The notes under the pieces are model-generated. The model did no database searches. It was not told the DNA's origin and worked only from the letters and a program-made list of their open reading frames with translations. Of a stretch of 64,000 nucleotides of DNA, positions 13,801 through 28,800 are shown piece after piece; positions within the stretch are counted from its first letter, which is position 1, and each line of letters begins with the position of its first letter. A program made the position numbers and the translations under genes. Source of the stretch: Camelus dromedarius (taxonomy: Eukaryota); the NCBI RefSeq assembly GCF_036321535.1, contig NC_087436.1, positions 84,818,001 through 84,882,000 on the forward strand. The letters are read 5' to 3'.

Positions 13801-16800
13801 TCTATGGCTAGTCAACAGCTGGATTTAACTTAGAGGTTACATTATAGAAAAATTCAGATAACTACCCACTTACACATACTAAATATATTAATAAAATAAA
13901 ACTTTTCTTTAGAAGCTGGCCCAGCCCAGTTCATACCTATAAGCTTACTAAAACCTAACAGAAAAAATAAAGTTGTTAATGTTTTTTTTTCCTATTAGGA
14001 GGGGGAAAATGATGACTGTCAAAAGTTCTTAAAAGAACAATTTATTCTTAAAGCAGTATGATAATTAACACTCTTAAACTGATAAAACAAATAACTTAAA
14101 CACTCAATTAAAATAATCTAATTATTAATTTTGTTACTAGAGTATATTAAAAAAGAAAAATAATAAATTCAAGTGATAGTTTCACCTTTTATAACATCTA
14201 TGGTCACTAATCAGTCAATTACTTAGTGGATCTCTTAAGCAGCTGCTGCTTCTATGCCACCTACCCTAGAACTTGCCAAGATTCACAGTGTAGAAGGGAA
14301 ACTAGCTGGCACAGCACCACCCAACTAACTCTGTTCATATACACTGTAGCCAACACCTGCTTCAAGGCTTTGGGGATGTGAGCAGTAGATTCCCCAGTGA
14401 AAAGCTGGAAATCTCTTGGTTCAAATACATTTTTCTGCAATGGTTAGAATGTCAATTTATTAAAAAAAAAAAAACTTACAATACACTTGTCAAAGTTCCT
14501 TTTGACAGTCACTAAAACATTTCCCAATGTAGTACTTAGAAAAGAAGCAGGGTCCACATTTTGTGCAGTCCATACATGATGACTCATTTTGACTAGCATG
14601 TAAAGAGAGTTAAAGCTATCAATTTTGTCTCCTAATGCAATTAGGTTGTTCAGTTCTGGCTCAATGCAGCGAAATATTTTAATCATCATTTGGCGGATCA
14701 TATCTTTCCTGTTCAGAAAACATACAAAATACAGAAGAGTTATTACAAGCTTCAGGTGTATTCATCTTTAACTTTAATCCCTTAGGTATACTCGAAACGA
14801 CTAAAATTTGATATTTCAACTAACACTATGACCAAATATGATGAACTAATTATTCTACAGTGGTTTCCAATATAAACTTTTTTTGAAGTTAAGTTCACTT
14901 AAAATAACTTTGTCATTTGTACGGCTGGCTGGGTCCTGAAATGTGCTTTGTGATTTCTGAGAAATACACTGCAATTCAAATGCTGCTTCCTAGCAGCAAA
15001 CATCAAAATTGATTGCATTTTTATTATTATAGAGTGAAGAAGAGCCCAAGAGCCATAAACAGGACCAATTTTAATTCAGTAAGACGTTTACTAAGACACT
15101 GGGCACACTGGTCAGTGCTCTGAGTGCTGTCAGTCACGGAGAGTCATCTGGACTCTTCACTGAGCACCACTCCTTTCTGCTCAACTTCAAGTTTATTTTT
15201 TTCAAAATAAACAATCGATAGTAACAAACACATACTCAGATGAAACAGGCAGTGGTGTGCCAGAATTATGTTGCCGTGATGATGTTCCTCCATCAAGGTC
15301 CTCTGCTTCAGTCTGCAAAAATTATTCAGGTGCTTTACATGATAAAACACCAACAATATAACTAGTTTAAATAGCAAAAGCCTGCTCAGTCTTAAAATTC
15401 CTAGGAGAGAATATATCATAAGAAATAATGGCCTTTAAAAGTAGTATTACTGATGAAACTATGTAATTCAGTATGCTATTTAAGAATATTCAGGGAACGC
15501 TTTGTTCTCAGATTTTATCCGAGAATTACTGTGGCACGAGAAGTCGTGTTTGTGAGTGTGCATATGAGGGGAAAGTCGGAAAGGGAAGGTAGAGGAGGCT
15601 CAGAGAGGTCACAGAAATGGGAGGGCAGCTCAACAGAAAATTAAAAACATCTAGAGACAACTTTCAAAAGAGAATTTTAAAAATTAAAGAAATGTATTGA
15701 TCACTCTAATAAAACTTTGGCATTAAAAAATGCTATCACAAGTTCTTACAGAAGCTAACAAGTAAACAAATTTACTACCGGTACAACAACAAATCTCCAA
15801 CCATTTGAAATAATTAATTTCTTATTCATTTTAGAATGGCTTTTTATATGTTGGTTCTCTTTTTTAAGATGATCTGAATTTAAAAATCACCTGATTTGCA
15901 CTGTGCTTTTAAGTTCTTCAAAACAGTCTGTCAAATCTCTCATTTTATTTTCTTCTATTTATGCCACAAGAAAGCATGACCAACAGGCATTATTATACCA
16001 ATTGTACACATGAGGAAAAACAGGGATTAAATAATTGGTTTAAGGTCTCATAGCTAGTTAATAACAAAACCATAAGAATGATTTAGATATGAGGTCTCAC
16101 CATTTTTTTTTTACTTTCTCATTTTTTTTTAAGATCACAGTACACACTCAAACACCTTTTTCATTTTTTTAATTCTATTTTTTTCTTGATTACTCAAATA
16201 CTAAAATTATTTTTTTAAAGTGTTGTTTTTAAAAAGTAAGTTTAGACATTTTCCCCTCTCACTAATTTAGAGAATATTTAGGTCTAAGACAGTCTAAGAT
16301 ACTACATTAGATGCCCAAACTCAGTCACTGTTTTCATCATCTTGGTTGACAAAAATTATTTAAAAAATCATTACACTGGGAATTCTTTCTTCTTCTGTTT
16401 TGATACTGAAATTGTGACAACATATTAATTAGGCTAATCATGCTGCAGATCATAAATACTAGCCAATAAATAAATGTGAGCCATACCATAGTTCCAGGTA
16501 TACTTTGATGTTGCTGTAGTTTGAAAAATTTACTTATGAAATCCTGTTCTGCCAGACACAGGGGCTCCAGTTCACTCAGTACCTGTTCAAAGATCTGAAG
16601 AAAACCAAAATGATCCTACAAAGAACTGAACCAAAATGCTTAAAATAATATTTCACATTTAATTACTTTTCTGCAGGGATGATGGATGCTCTATCTATAA
16701 TCTCAATAGAATCCCCCAAACACTTGCAAGATTGACAGGACAATGCAGTATTAATGAGGCATAACACATTTAGGGCCAGAACATAGCTAAAACAAAACTT

Positions 16801-19800
16801 ACAATTATTCACTTGAAATCTGGAAAGAGGAACACAGAGATAAACTTTTTAAACTTACTTAATGCATTGCAGAGAACAGGTTAGCTTCATAAAAGCTATT
16901 TCATCTTTATCCTGTAGTTGCTCAAATGACTTAGATTTACAATGTAAGCACTATGATTCATAACAAATTTTAATAATGCCTTTATGTCACTTAACCGATA
17001 AATTACATTTCAGTTGCCATTTGACCAGTATTTTTTTCAGATTCAGAACTGGAAAGTAAGACATGGTTAATGAAAAGAGCCAACAGAGCCCAAATCTTTG
17101 AACACAATTAAAGCAATAACAAACTGATGCTAGAAAACTAGTATTCATGTTTAAGAAGAACTTATTATTTTATTTTACCTTATCAAATTTGGTTCTGTCG
17201 GCAACATCGAGATCAGAGGCAGACATGTTTCCCATATCCAACAAGGAAGATGACTGAGATCTGCGATTCCCTGAACTCTGAACACTGAGTTTATTTAGAC
17301 TAGAAGTAGATCCAGTTAATTTCCCAGAACTTCCATGAAGACCTAAGAAATAATAAAACTTTGAAAGTTGCGACCTTCATGAATAAAGGACCCATAGCAT
17401 AAATCAGGGCCATCTCTACTGTCTTGGCTTCCAGGGCCCATACTAGTTAGGGCACAAGTCTACCACATGGGACAGGTTGCAGACTGTCCTCCATCAATAA
17501 CGTTTGTGTCCTACTCCCGAGCATGTTGTATACAGTAGTGAAACTATATAGAATCACAGAATAGGACCAAAAGGGATCTTAAAGATCACAGTATGCTCTG
17601 CCCAGTCTCATCATAAATATTACGCTGCCTGATGATATCTCTAGACTAACGTAGATGGGGATTTCCTTCCCACTCAAAAGACATGAATCTGAATTAAATG
17701 TAAACAATAGGTATCTTTTTATTCTCCTTGAATATTTCTCAGCTAACCTGATTATTTGCTGATGGTCAGAAAGGACAAATCATATAATAAATGATAAAAA
17801 GATATAAGAACAATTAAAGACAAACTTTGGTTTTATTATACATAATCTGACCATATCTATAAGAATTTTTATAGTTTCTAAACACAGCCTGAAAACAAAA
17901 GTATAATGGTTAAGACTTTTCACAAGTTTCTGCCTACTCACCATGTATTTTTAACTATGTTACATATTTCTTGGATGTAGTCATACTACTACCACCATGC
18001 TGGTTTTCTTTCACCAATACCTGGCAACTCAGAGCAATCAATATTTTTGGTGTAACTTTTTTCAAGACAAATAACTAGTTTCTAGACATTAAACAAACAT
18101 GCATTGAGAATACCTGCTAATACACTAAGCATACTCACTCTCTGTTTCCTGTTTGACAGCACTTTCTTTTCGAGGCAGTGTAGCTGTGATGGATTAGGTT
18201 GCAAGCATCAAAGACAAAGACAAGTTAATAAACTGCAATTTGCACATACCATGCACAAGAGGAAGTTAAAGCTCTAGTTTAAAAGACACATGCAAAGAAC
18301 CATGAGCATCAAGTAACGAGAGATGCAACATATGTTTAGTCGGTCAGCTATTGTTTGAAAAATTATATGAGAGAAAAAACTTTACTAGTCTTTTAATGTA
18401 CTATTTTACTCAAATATTCAGATAAAAATATCTACAAATATAAACCTCTCCCACACTTTTAAATGATTTTTTAAAGTTTATGAAGCTGATGTACTTAAAT
18501 TTAAAGACTATATTATAGTTCAAGTAAATAATTTAATACAGTGAAAATTTATTAGAATGAATTTATAGATTTGGACATTAAATGTATCAATAATCTTGTA
18601 TTCACTTAAGGTTCCTGAAAGGAATCTCCACTGTACTAAATAATTTTATATACCATCTGATAAAAAATTATATGAGTGGGGCTTTAAAAATCACTTTCGG
18701 GTATCTAGCTAAACTATTCAGTAACTTTGGCTTTGTGACCACCTAAAATGAAAAGTGTACATCAAAACACTAATTACCCTAGATGCAAGGGTAAAGCTGA
18801 GGGAACAGATTTAATGCAGGAACTGGAGCTCTGTCACAGTCATCTGGTGTTTCTTTTATCTAAAATCTCTATCTAATATTGACTAGATCAACTGTAGAAA
18901 TCATCTTGTGAAAAATTCTAAACCCAAATTACCCAAATTAGAAGTTAATGTGAAAGGCAAAGAAATTATAGAATGAAACAGAAAATTAAAGAATATAAAT
19001 ATAATCTAGAAATACTTAAGAAATAGAAAACAATATGTCAACTGTCACTATCTCTGCCAAACTTTAATGCAGAAGCCCAAGCATAAACTGCCAACTTGTC
19101 AAACAAGAGACATGTGTATCTTTCCAGCCTTGGCTACCTGAAGCTCCAGGGAATATGAAATGATGAAGTTGGACATGAAAGTGGAAAGAAGGGAGGATGT
19201 GCTGGAGCTACTGGAGGGCCAACCTGAACAGTACCTTCCGGCGGCCTGAAGGTGTCATGTACTAAGTTCACCAGGTTCAGAGCAAAGCCGAATGCTTCAT
19301 ATATTGTTTTTTAGCAGTCAGTAAAGAACACAGAGGTACTAGGAGTGCTCTATTTGGGTCTCATACAGAGTCTATACTGTTTATCAGCAACAAACAACAA
19401 TACTCAGGTAAACTTTTAAATGTCTTTAAATAATCCCTGCTAGACTATAAGCTTGAGGAGAGGAGGGTCTTTGCTCATTTCTGCATTCTCAGTTCCTAGC
19501 AATGTCTCTTATGTAATGGGCAATTATTAAATATTTATTGAATGAATCTTCCAGCCAGGACTGAATTCAGTCTTGTGCCCAAGATTCCTTTTGGAATCAA
19601 CCGGATTTCTTAGTTTAGTGGAGAATAGAATGAACAAATGATTTTGGCATATTTTTAAGATTTTGGAATATTAAATTTGGGGAACGCAGTAATTATGTAA
19701 ATGAATATGTAAATAGACTAAAATAATGTATGTCGGGGAGGAGGTGGTAGAGTGCATGCTTAGCATGTCCTGGGTTCAATCCCCAGTACTTCCATTAAAA

Positions 19801-22800
19801 AATAATAAAATAGAATAGAACAGAATAGAATAGAATAAAATAAAATAAAATTAAATTAAATTAAATTAAATTAAATTAAAAAATAAATAAAGTAAAATAA
19901 ATAAATAAAAATAAAATAAAATAAAATAATAATGTGTGTGTCTACCTCAGCCATGGAAAGAAAAAAAATGGGCAATTTAAAAAATAATTACTGAATTTCC
20001 TTTGCCTGCCACTTCATTAACTACACCTGTAGAACACAAAGGGAAAACAAAACACCAGAGTGTCAATCTTGGGGGTTAAATTCCACATCTCTGAGGATAT
20101 CAAAGTAAACCTACTGATCAAAAAAGACAAAGACCTATATAAAGACCTTATCACAAAGAAAAGATACTGGCATTTTAACATTATTTTGAATTATTTGAAC
20201 TAAGTCAATGTTAGAGATTTAATCAAACGGTTCAAAAGAAGAGTATTCTCCTGAATCTCTAAGGCTATACTGACTATACAATTTCCTTTTGTAAAATACA
20301 TTCAATCTGATTTTCTATTCTTATTAGTATCTATGACTCAGTATTTTTAGAGCAAGTTAAAAAAACAAAGTTAAATTTTATTCAGAATTACTTAATTTTG
20401 ATTCATTGAAAAGCTATCTTTCTAAAATTTCAGGTTTCTCTTTTAATTATAATTACTATTAAAAACTGATTTAAACATAATTTAAATCACTGAAAAGATA
20501 GTTTTAAAAAATTTACATTCTACCTTATTTAAAGAATTTTCAAGTCATTTGTATTTAACTTAAAATTTATTTTTTAAATGTTGACTAACAAGTTAGATCT
20601 TCAAAGATGAAAAAAACCATTTTTAGCCCCTGAATCCTGTTTATTAAATTAGTTTTTCTTCTCTGGTAACTGATATCAAAGTAACAGAAATTATAATTTT
20701 TTGGTACCATTAAGTGTCACAAACTATTCTCCTATTCCTTATTATTGAATAGATACATAGAAGAGATGCAATTTTAACACTGTTTTATAACTATAAAAGT
20801 ACCTTCTAAACTTGTATGATGTCAATTAAAAATTTTTTAACAAGATATTTAAGAACTTCTCAAGGGGTAAGAAAAAAGAAAATTAACATTTCACGTTAAT
20901 GCAATGGTTCCATTAAGATACTATTGTTCTTGATTTAAGTTATATCTTTATTATGTCATTTATTTCAATGAGAATCTTGGGCTTGATAAACTTATTATGA
21001 TACTGGGATTAATGACCTCCTAAGGAGATACTTTTAGAAAGATTTCCTTTTACCTTCAGTTTTCACTGTAGAAGAGTTCTCTCAAAATAAAATGGCTCAC
21101 TAACAAGTGGCGACAAATATACTAAATGAAAACATTAAACATGTAACTGTATTAATAATATGCTGTTTACTTAAAAAAAAAGTATAACATATCCACAGAG
21201 AAACATTAACAAGGATATAAACACACTGCTGTTTAAGAACAATTAACCTTTAGGATGAGTTAGCATTTCTGTTTCCAAAAGCCTATTGTCCCAAGATTCT
21301 TATCAGTATCTTTACCCAAGTGTAATATATTTGTACACAGATTCAAATCATTTCAAAGGTCTGGACTAGTATAATCAAGACATTAGTGTTGCATTATAAA
21401 AAAACAACCACAAACCAGTGAATCACAAAATAATTACCCACTAAAGATAGTCTTCTTTGTCCTAAAGAAAAGAATGGAGAGATGAGCTATGAATTTCAAT
21501 CCTATTTTCTGATTACTGAAGTTGCTTAGGGCATAGGCTCCTTTCAACAAGCAAATGCTAAACTCATGGTTCTAAAGGGGAGCTATGCAGACACATGAGT
21601 ACACACTGTAGCCATTTAAGGCCAGGTTTTGACTTGAAGAGGGACAGAACTCCATCCAAAAGGAAGTCCAGAGATGGGTACATGCAAGAGCAGAATGTGG
21701 CCTCGGCAAATCACTTCCTTGCAACTTGATACTTTCACTGGTTATCCTTTCAAATCATGTTTTTGTCTATTTAACATATGTAGGAGTGACAAAAAGTAAT
21801 GTGTTTCAAAAATATCTCTTTGGAAAAATAAGGTATAATCACAGGAGAAATTTTGGTGACATTTTTATAGCCCCTTGGCAGGGAAGAAAAGACTTACATT
21901 ATAAACTTTCTTTTCAATTCAAAATAGCCAGTGAGAAGTAAGAAGCCAGGAATCACTTTCACTTCCCTGTGGAGAGCAATGACTTAAGAGATCACAGACT
22001 TGCCCCCAACTGTTATGAAAGGTCTTTTAGGAAGTCAGAAGCTGAACTCTCAACATGTGTCTCTTAGCCTAGTATTTTTTCCGCTAGACTGCACTTCATT
22101 TTCTGGCCAACTGCTTCTCCTATGAATATATACAGTTGTCCCTTGGTATCCATGTGGGACTGCTTCCAGGACCTGCTGCGGGTATCAAAATCCGTGGATG
22201 CTCAAGTCCCACAGCTGGCCCTCCATATCTATGGGCTGCATGTCTGCAGATATGAGGCTGACTATACTATTAGTCATAGTAAATAAACAATTGTCAGATT
22301 CAATTCTGCAGAATTTTAATTAGTAAAAAACATATTTACAGATACAAACATTTGTTCTATGAAATATCTATAAATCAAACAATGCATTAGATTTATTCTT
22401 TAACCCTACTGTATCTCCTTCTACCTTGCCTAAAAAGTTTTAAAATTATCTGTCATAAATAAAACCATTTTTAATAGAATAGAAAGCAGTGGATTGAAGT
22501 GCCTACGCTTACCAAACTTCTTGCTTTCTTTAGTTGTGCCAGTCATCTTGATCTTTGCAACTTCAAAGAAATCTTTAATTTCTCTCTCATAGAGTCGTGA
22601 TAAATAATCCATGTAATTCTTAAAAATACAAGTAACATGTACTTCTTATTAATAAAACAAATATAACAATTTCCATTTTTCAATCCCCCCAAATCCTTTG
22701 TGCTTGTTTTGAATTCTATGGTCTTCAAGTTTGATGCATTTCATAGGATATAAAAAGAAGGCTATTTTCTGTCTTTTAAAAAACTGAACTGGCATTACAA

Positions 22801-25800
22801 CATTAACAATTTATAAAAATACGAAGTTGAACATATCATACTTGTATTTTCATTTTTATGTATTACCTTTCATATTTTTAAATATAGCTGCAATCGTACT
22901 GTATAGGGTATTTGATTCATAGCAATTACACTTCTCCAGTCTCACACTTTAATGACTGCACAGTACTATGCTTTGCTGATGAGCTACAATTTAGTAAATC
23001 AATCTCCTAACAGGCCACATAAGTGGTTTCAATGTTTTGCTATGATAGATAATGTTACAATAAGATTTTTATCTCCAATGGATTATTTCCTTACGATAAT
23101 TTCCTAAGGATGGAATTACGGTGCCGAAGAATATGGGAATCTTTATAACCCTTCCTCCATACCTCCATGCTGCTTTAAAAACAATTATACCAACAGACAG
23201 TGTCAATGGCAATGAAGAACATTCAATTTTACTGTACCCTGCCAGCAAGGGGTATTACATTACCCCAAATAGGTTATTTTCAATAAGAACTGAATTAGTA
23301 CACTGTAGAGTTTTCAAAATTAAATAATTTATTTTTAAAAAGGCAAATTTAACTTATTCTAGTTCAAATGAAAACATCTATTATTTAACATACAAAGTCA
23401 TTTCTTCATATTTTCTTATTGTCATATAAAAATATTTTATGCCCTCAGGAGATACTCTTCAACAGTGGGATACCATGTATTCTTCTAAATCCTAAATTAA
23501 ATGCCATAGAGTTTCACTAAATTTAAGTAAATCTACAGCAGAAAACTTGTACCTAGCTATTCCTTCAAATTTATCATGGAATCTAAGCTTCAACTTCCTT
23601 TATTATTTCAAATTAACATTCCTAGTTTTGGAGCACGTTTGCTTTGCTTTAAACATCAGATGCAGCTTTCAAAGGTATGTATTATTTAAGTTTTGTATAC
23701 TGACTCACAGTTTACCACTGATTTTTTTAGATATTTTGTAGATATAACCTTACAAAACAGTTTTTGGATGAAACATAATATAAATTCTACTTTTTTCAAC
23801 TTGCAGGTCATATACATTTCCCACACAGTGTCTGTAAGAAAAGTTAGTCAAATGGGAAATTCTTTCCTATAATCTTTTTGTAACTTTAAAAGCAAATATA
23901 AATTAAAATATACCCTAAAATTAATCCTATTTCACTGGGGTATCTCACTTTTTGTTTTTTCAAGTTTAAATTCTCATAAAAATAATGATCACTGCAAATC
24001 AGTACATGACTGACAAATGGGAAATTACCTTCATACAATTTGTAAAATCTTCACTAGTGGCTTCTTCTCAAATCACTCAGAAAAGACGGCATTCCAATAT
24101 TCAAATTGTTTAAAGTGCACCTTACTACCCAAGCAATTTAAACAGTTTCAAAACAGCTATTTTGATACATAGAAAACAGTGATTTGAGCAGACTACTGAA
24201 AATCACCCTCTTTTTCAACGCACCTCAAATGACTGAGTATCCTTCCCCCAGGTCCTCAACAGAACTAATCGGTGGGATGGGGGGAAAGGCCACAGACAGG
24301 TGTGACTATGGGCGCATTAGAAAAATGTCTCTCACTATGAGTACTATTCTTCTTAGCTCCTTGTACACAGCACCTAACTTAAAATTTAACTATTATGAGT
24401 TTAGATATTGTTATCTCAGGCAGTGTTGTCAATTTTATTTTCTTCTGACTATAGAATCTTACAGATAACTCCATGTTTTACTTTCTCTTTACACTAAAAG
24501 GAAATTCCACAAATGTAGAACTGAGGAGAGAAGATGTCTGAGTAATCTTCAAGACTGACTGTCAACCTCAGGAGGTTACTAGGAGAGGAGAGCTCATTTC
24601 CTACCTAAGCATGGATGGACCATCTCTGTTATTAATTGCCCTACATGCATAATAGCTGGGGAGGAGGGATTCTGGGCAGCTGAGCTCCTTACATGAAGGC
24701 ATCTCTATTTTCCCTAGGCTCTAATTCTGTATACCAAAAATCAGGGCTTTGCTTATTAGATTCAGCCATAAGAAAAGCTGGGGCAGGGCCTAGTGAATCT
24801 CATCCCTAAAAAATTTTAAAACAGGCTTTTCCTGGTCCTGCCAGAAAGTGTGAGCTGTGTACAACTAACCAAGTGCAAAGAGTATCTGGATTTAATTATT
24901 ATTTCTTAAGAAAGAAACACTGGTTTGTCTATTTTCTTCTTTCATTCCTTTCTTCCTTGTTCCTTTTTAACAAAATTCCTGTTTTCGAAAACACTTCAGG
25001 AATCCAATAAGATTATGAAGCATAAAATATATGGTCTGTCAAAAGTTCAAACACAAGATCAAGTAACATTCCTGAGAAAAAAGTCAATTACATTAAAAAA
25101 ATCAATAATGAAATCAATTTCATTAATACTGTCAATTGAAAATATACTGTGAGCACAGAATGATTCCATAATTTACTACCAGACTGGCTATCATCTTGTT
25201 TCTTCACCTTAAATTACAATCGTGAATACTACATTATATATAAAGATAGGGCAATAATACTGAGAACACAATCAGGCAAAAAGCTTATTGATTATTTTAC
25301 TTATCTGAATATTCACCAGGGGACAAAGCACTTGTTGGCACAAAACTCTTAAGGAGATATAATAATGTTTAACTATTCAAAATAATAATCCTCCTAAAAC
25401 TTCAAAAGGCAAAGATTCCAGTAATGTAAATATTTTTCTTTATGCTATCTCCAAACCAGAATTCTGTTGAATGAAAACCAACGCAAACACGGCAAAATAT
25501 GACACAACAGTAGGAGTGCTGAACCCATGGGTTCCTGCTACCATGGCCATTTATTAAATCTAAGTCAGGCTGTGTTATTCCCCTACCCAAAGCCCACCAT
25601 TACCCTCTCTCCCCATCTCCTGCAAGCAGAAGTCAAATCCTTACAGCGGTGCACAGTCCCGTCCAGACCTGCCTGGCCCCACCCCTCCTTTGGTTTCCCC
25701 GCTGCCTGTCCCATCCTGTCCCTGGCTGCTGTGCTCCAACCACGCTGGCCTCCTCAGGCACCCCAGGCTGCTCTCGTCTTGGGGTCCTTGCATTGTGCCC

Positions 25801-28800
25801 AGAAAGCTGTCTTAGGGAAATTCCTTATGTTCACCCTTCCTTATTTTTAAAATCTGTGCTCGAACGTCATTTTCTCATGACGCCTTCTTTGACCATCCTT
25901 TTTGAAACTGTGACCTTCCTCAAGTCCTGGCCTTTCCTGCTTTTTGTCTCCAGAGCCCTCAGCAGCACCTTCCAACAGATGACATAATTGACTTTTGTGT
26001 CAATCTTTGTCCACTGGAATACGCACTCTGAACAGCTAAGTGCTCCCATTTCCCTCAGTGCTGGATCTCTAGCGCTTACACGGTGTCAGCACGTAACAGG
26101 TGCTCAATTCATTTGCTGAGTGAATACATGAAGGACTCTTATCTTGCCCAACCACTGATACTGAGTCAGCGGTACAGACCAATGCTCTTTTCACCCCCAA
26201 GCCTGGCAAGTTTGGCATCATCCTGTCCCTTGTCTTTGGATTCCCTCTTTTGGTTTATATTTTCTATTTCCACAATCATCTTCCTGGCTCAAGATTTCAT
26301 TTCATTTCAATTATTACATTAGGTTCTTAATTCCCTGCATCCAATCTTTTCCCATGTCTGAAGCATGCTGTTAGGTCTCATGGCTCAGATTTTTTAACCT
26401 GACTATTCATTTCAGAATACAGAATTTCTGTTTCAGTCAGGGTTGCCTCCTCATAGTCCTGGAAAAGGGCCTATTTTCCCACTTTTGTCTGCACATCCTG
26501 CTTCTCATCCCTGGAATTCCTTCCCTCTTATTTTGGTTTATTTAATCCCACTCATTACTTAAAAGTTAATTCAAATCCAATGACTTCCATGAAGTTTTCC
26601 CCCATGGCTTCAAGTCATGCATTTCCCGTCTCTAAACGAACACATATTTAAACGCATTTCCAGTTTAGCACTTCATTTTTTGCTAATTGTTTTAAGTATA
26701 ATTGTTCTTCCCAGTCAGACTTAAAACTCTTTGGAAGTAGGGTCTTGTAGGGAGCCATTTCTTAGTCTTACATATGACAGTGAGTATAAAATAGGCCGCA
26801 ATGAAAATTTGGTGTTTGACAAAGAGATGTACCATGATATGGTAATCAAGTTTTCCTAGCTAGTTTGTCCCAGAATCGGGAACAGAAATACCCATGTTTT
26901 TGTGTGCCTGTAACAGCGGAATGCTTGCTTAATAAAGACGCACATTGCACTCACTTAAAAGAACAGATTATAAATTTTTAGATGGCAAATAAATACCTCA
27001 CTTACAACATCTTCATACTCCCTAGCTTCTATATTGCACATAAAGAAACTCAGGAAATAATTATAGCATTTACCTAAACTGAATGATGTTTCAGCATGGC
27101 CTAATACTGTATTTATTGAAGTTTAAAATGTAGCTCTTCTCCATCCAAGTAAACAATATAAATGTTCTCCCTGGCTAATAAGCACTTAGAAATTCAATTA
27201 TTCTCTGTTTTGCTAAGAATATACAGTATCTCAAATGGCATTTGGGGAACTGAACACATGACCTCTTGATTCTAAAAGATTGTGCTCTATACTCAGTGAG
27301 TACCTGACATCAAGTCCATACCTTTGTTAGTCCCTCATATTTTCCATAATCGGTGCTCTTTAGCCACTCCATCAGCTTGGCATATCGGAGCAAGTCTCTA
27401 TGAAATGGATGATGATTAGGTAAAGTCAGTTCAACAGAGTGTTGAGCAAGAGTTGAACTCTGATCATGACCCTAGAGAGAGTAAATAAGTAAATAAATAG
27501 GTATCACTGACAGTATAAAGGAACATTGTTGTAACGAAAAATTATAAGCAATGATCAAATACCGCCAAGCAAAACCAACAGAACACAGAAAAATAAGAAC
27601 CAAGCACTTGTCTTCTTTTATCATCTTGTGTATATCAACTGAACACCACTATCATAAAATAGTCATAAACACACAAGAACGGCTCTCTGATAAATCAACT
27701 GCTCATTTCGTCTCCTGAAGGAATTGAGAATGAATATTCTAATCAAGCTTGCCCCTCCTACCACATACCATTTTACAATTTACTAAACAAATAAATATCA
27801 TGATACAAACCGTATTAAGAAACACACCAAAGAGGGAAGTCATTCAAAACAAATTGTCTACATCTATGGTATTTCCATTAGAGTTGACAATGTTTAAAAC
27901 AACAGATGAAAATATGTATGATATAGACTTTCTGAACTAGGAGGGACTACAGATGACTGTAACCTGGGCTTTCTGGATAACCCCTAATAATAATCTAATT
28001 AAAATTTTTCCATTAATTTGTTAAATGAGTAACTTTAATCCTTGACATGACTTAATACATAAATTAGTAAGTTTTCAAACAGCCTGAGATAATGATGCAT
28101 CCTGACTTTTGTTTTAGAGAACATAGACTTGGTTGATCATCTAATCCAATAACCTTACTTTCTAGAAGAACAAACTAAAACTCAAAGAGTTAAGTGATTT
28201 GCTCAGGTCACACAGGAGGAATCATCAGGTCTCTAAGAACAAAAGGAGGGAAAAGGGCAGAGAACAGTTATTCTTTCAAGACAAACCTTTCAATAAACAA
28301 CCAAAAGAATTTTTAAAAGGACGTACTCCTTTTGCAAATATTTCTCAATTTTATTAGCCTTAATTTGACTGTCTGCTTTCAACATCAGAATCCTAATTAG
28401 TGTAACTGGCCTGATTCTCCCAGGTGAATATCTTTCTAGATACATGAATCCCCAGTAAATGTACAAATTATAGGGAAGAGCCTGTCATTTCAGTGGAAGC
28501 TAGGCATGGAAGATCTAAAAGAGCCCAAAGATTCTAGCCAATTGTTAAAAACATTACTTTCATATTATGTTACAGTAAGAAATGAATGTTAAATAAGAAT
28601 GCATTTCAAGTTTCATTAAGATAATGGAAGTATTACTATAAATTGCACCACAGAGAGCACGCTCTGGGTCAGTGAGTGATTCCCAAATGTGAAGACGTTC
28701 TCACTGGCCTCCAGCACTAAGAAAACAAGAAAGAATGGGAGCAAGTTTCTCATAAAGGTAAATGCATTAATTTTGAAAGTCTGAAATTATATTCTTCCTT

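Noticed and set aside
15116..15170. Imperfect hairpin just downstream of exon 14
   Set aside because: Short, bulged stems with no snoRNA or miRNA hallmarks that I can support.
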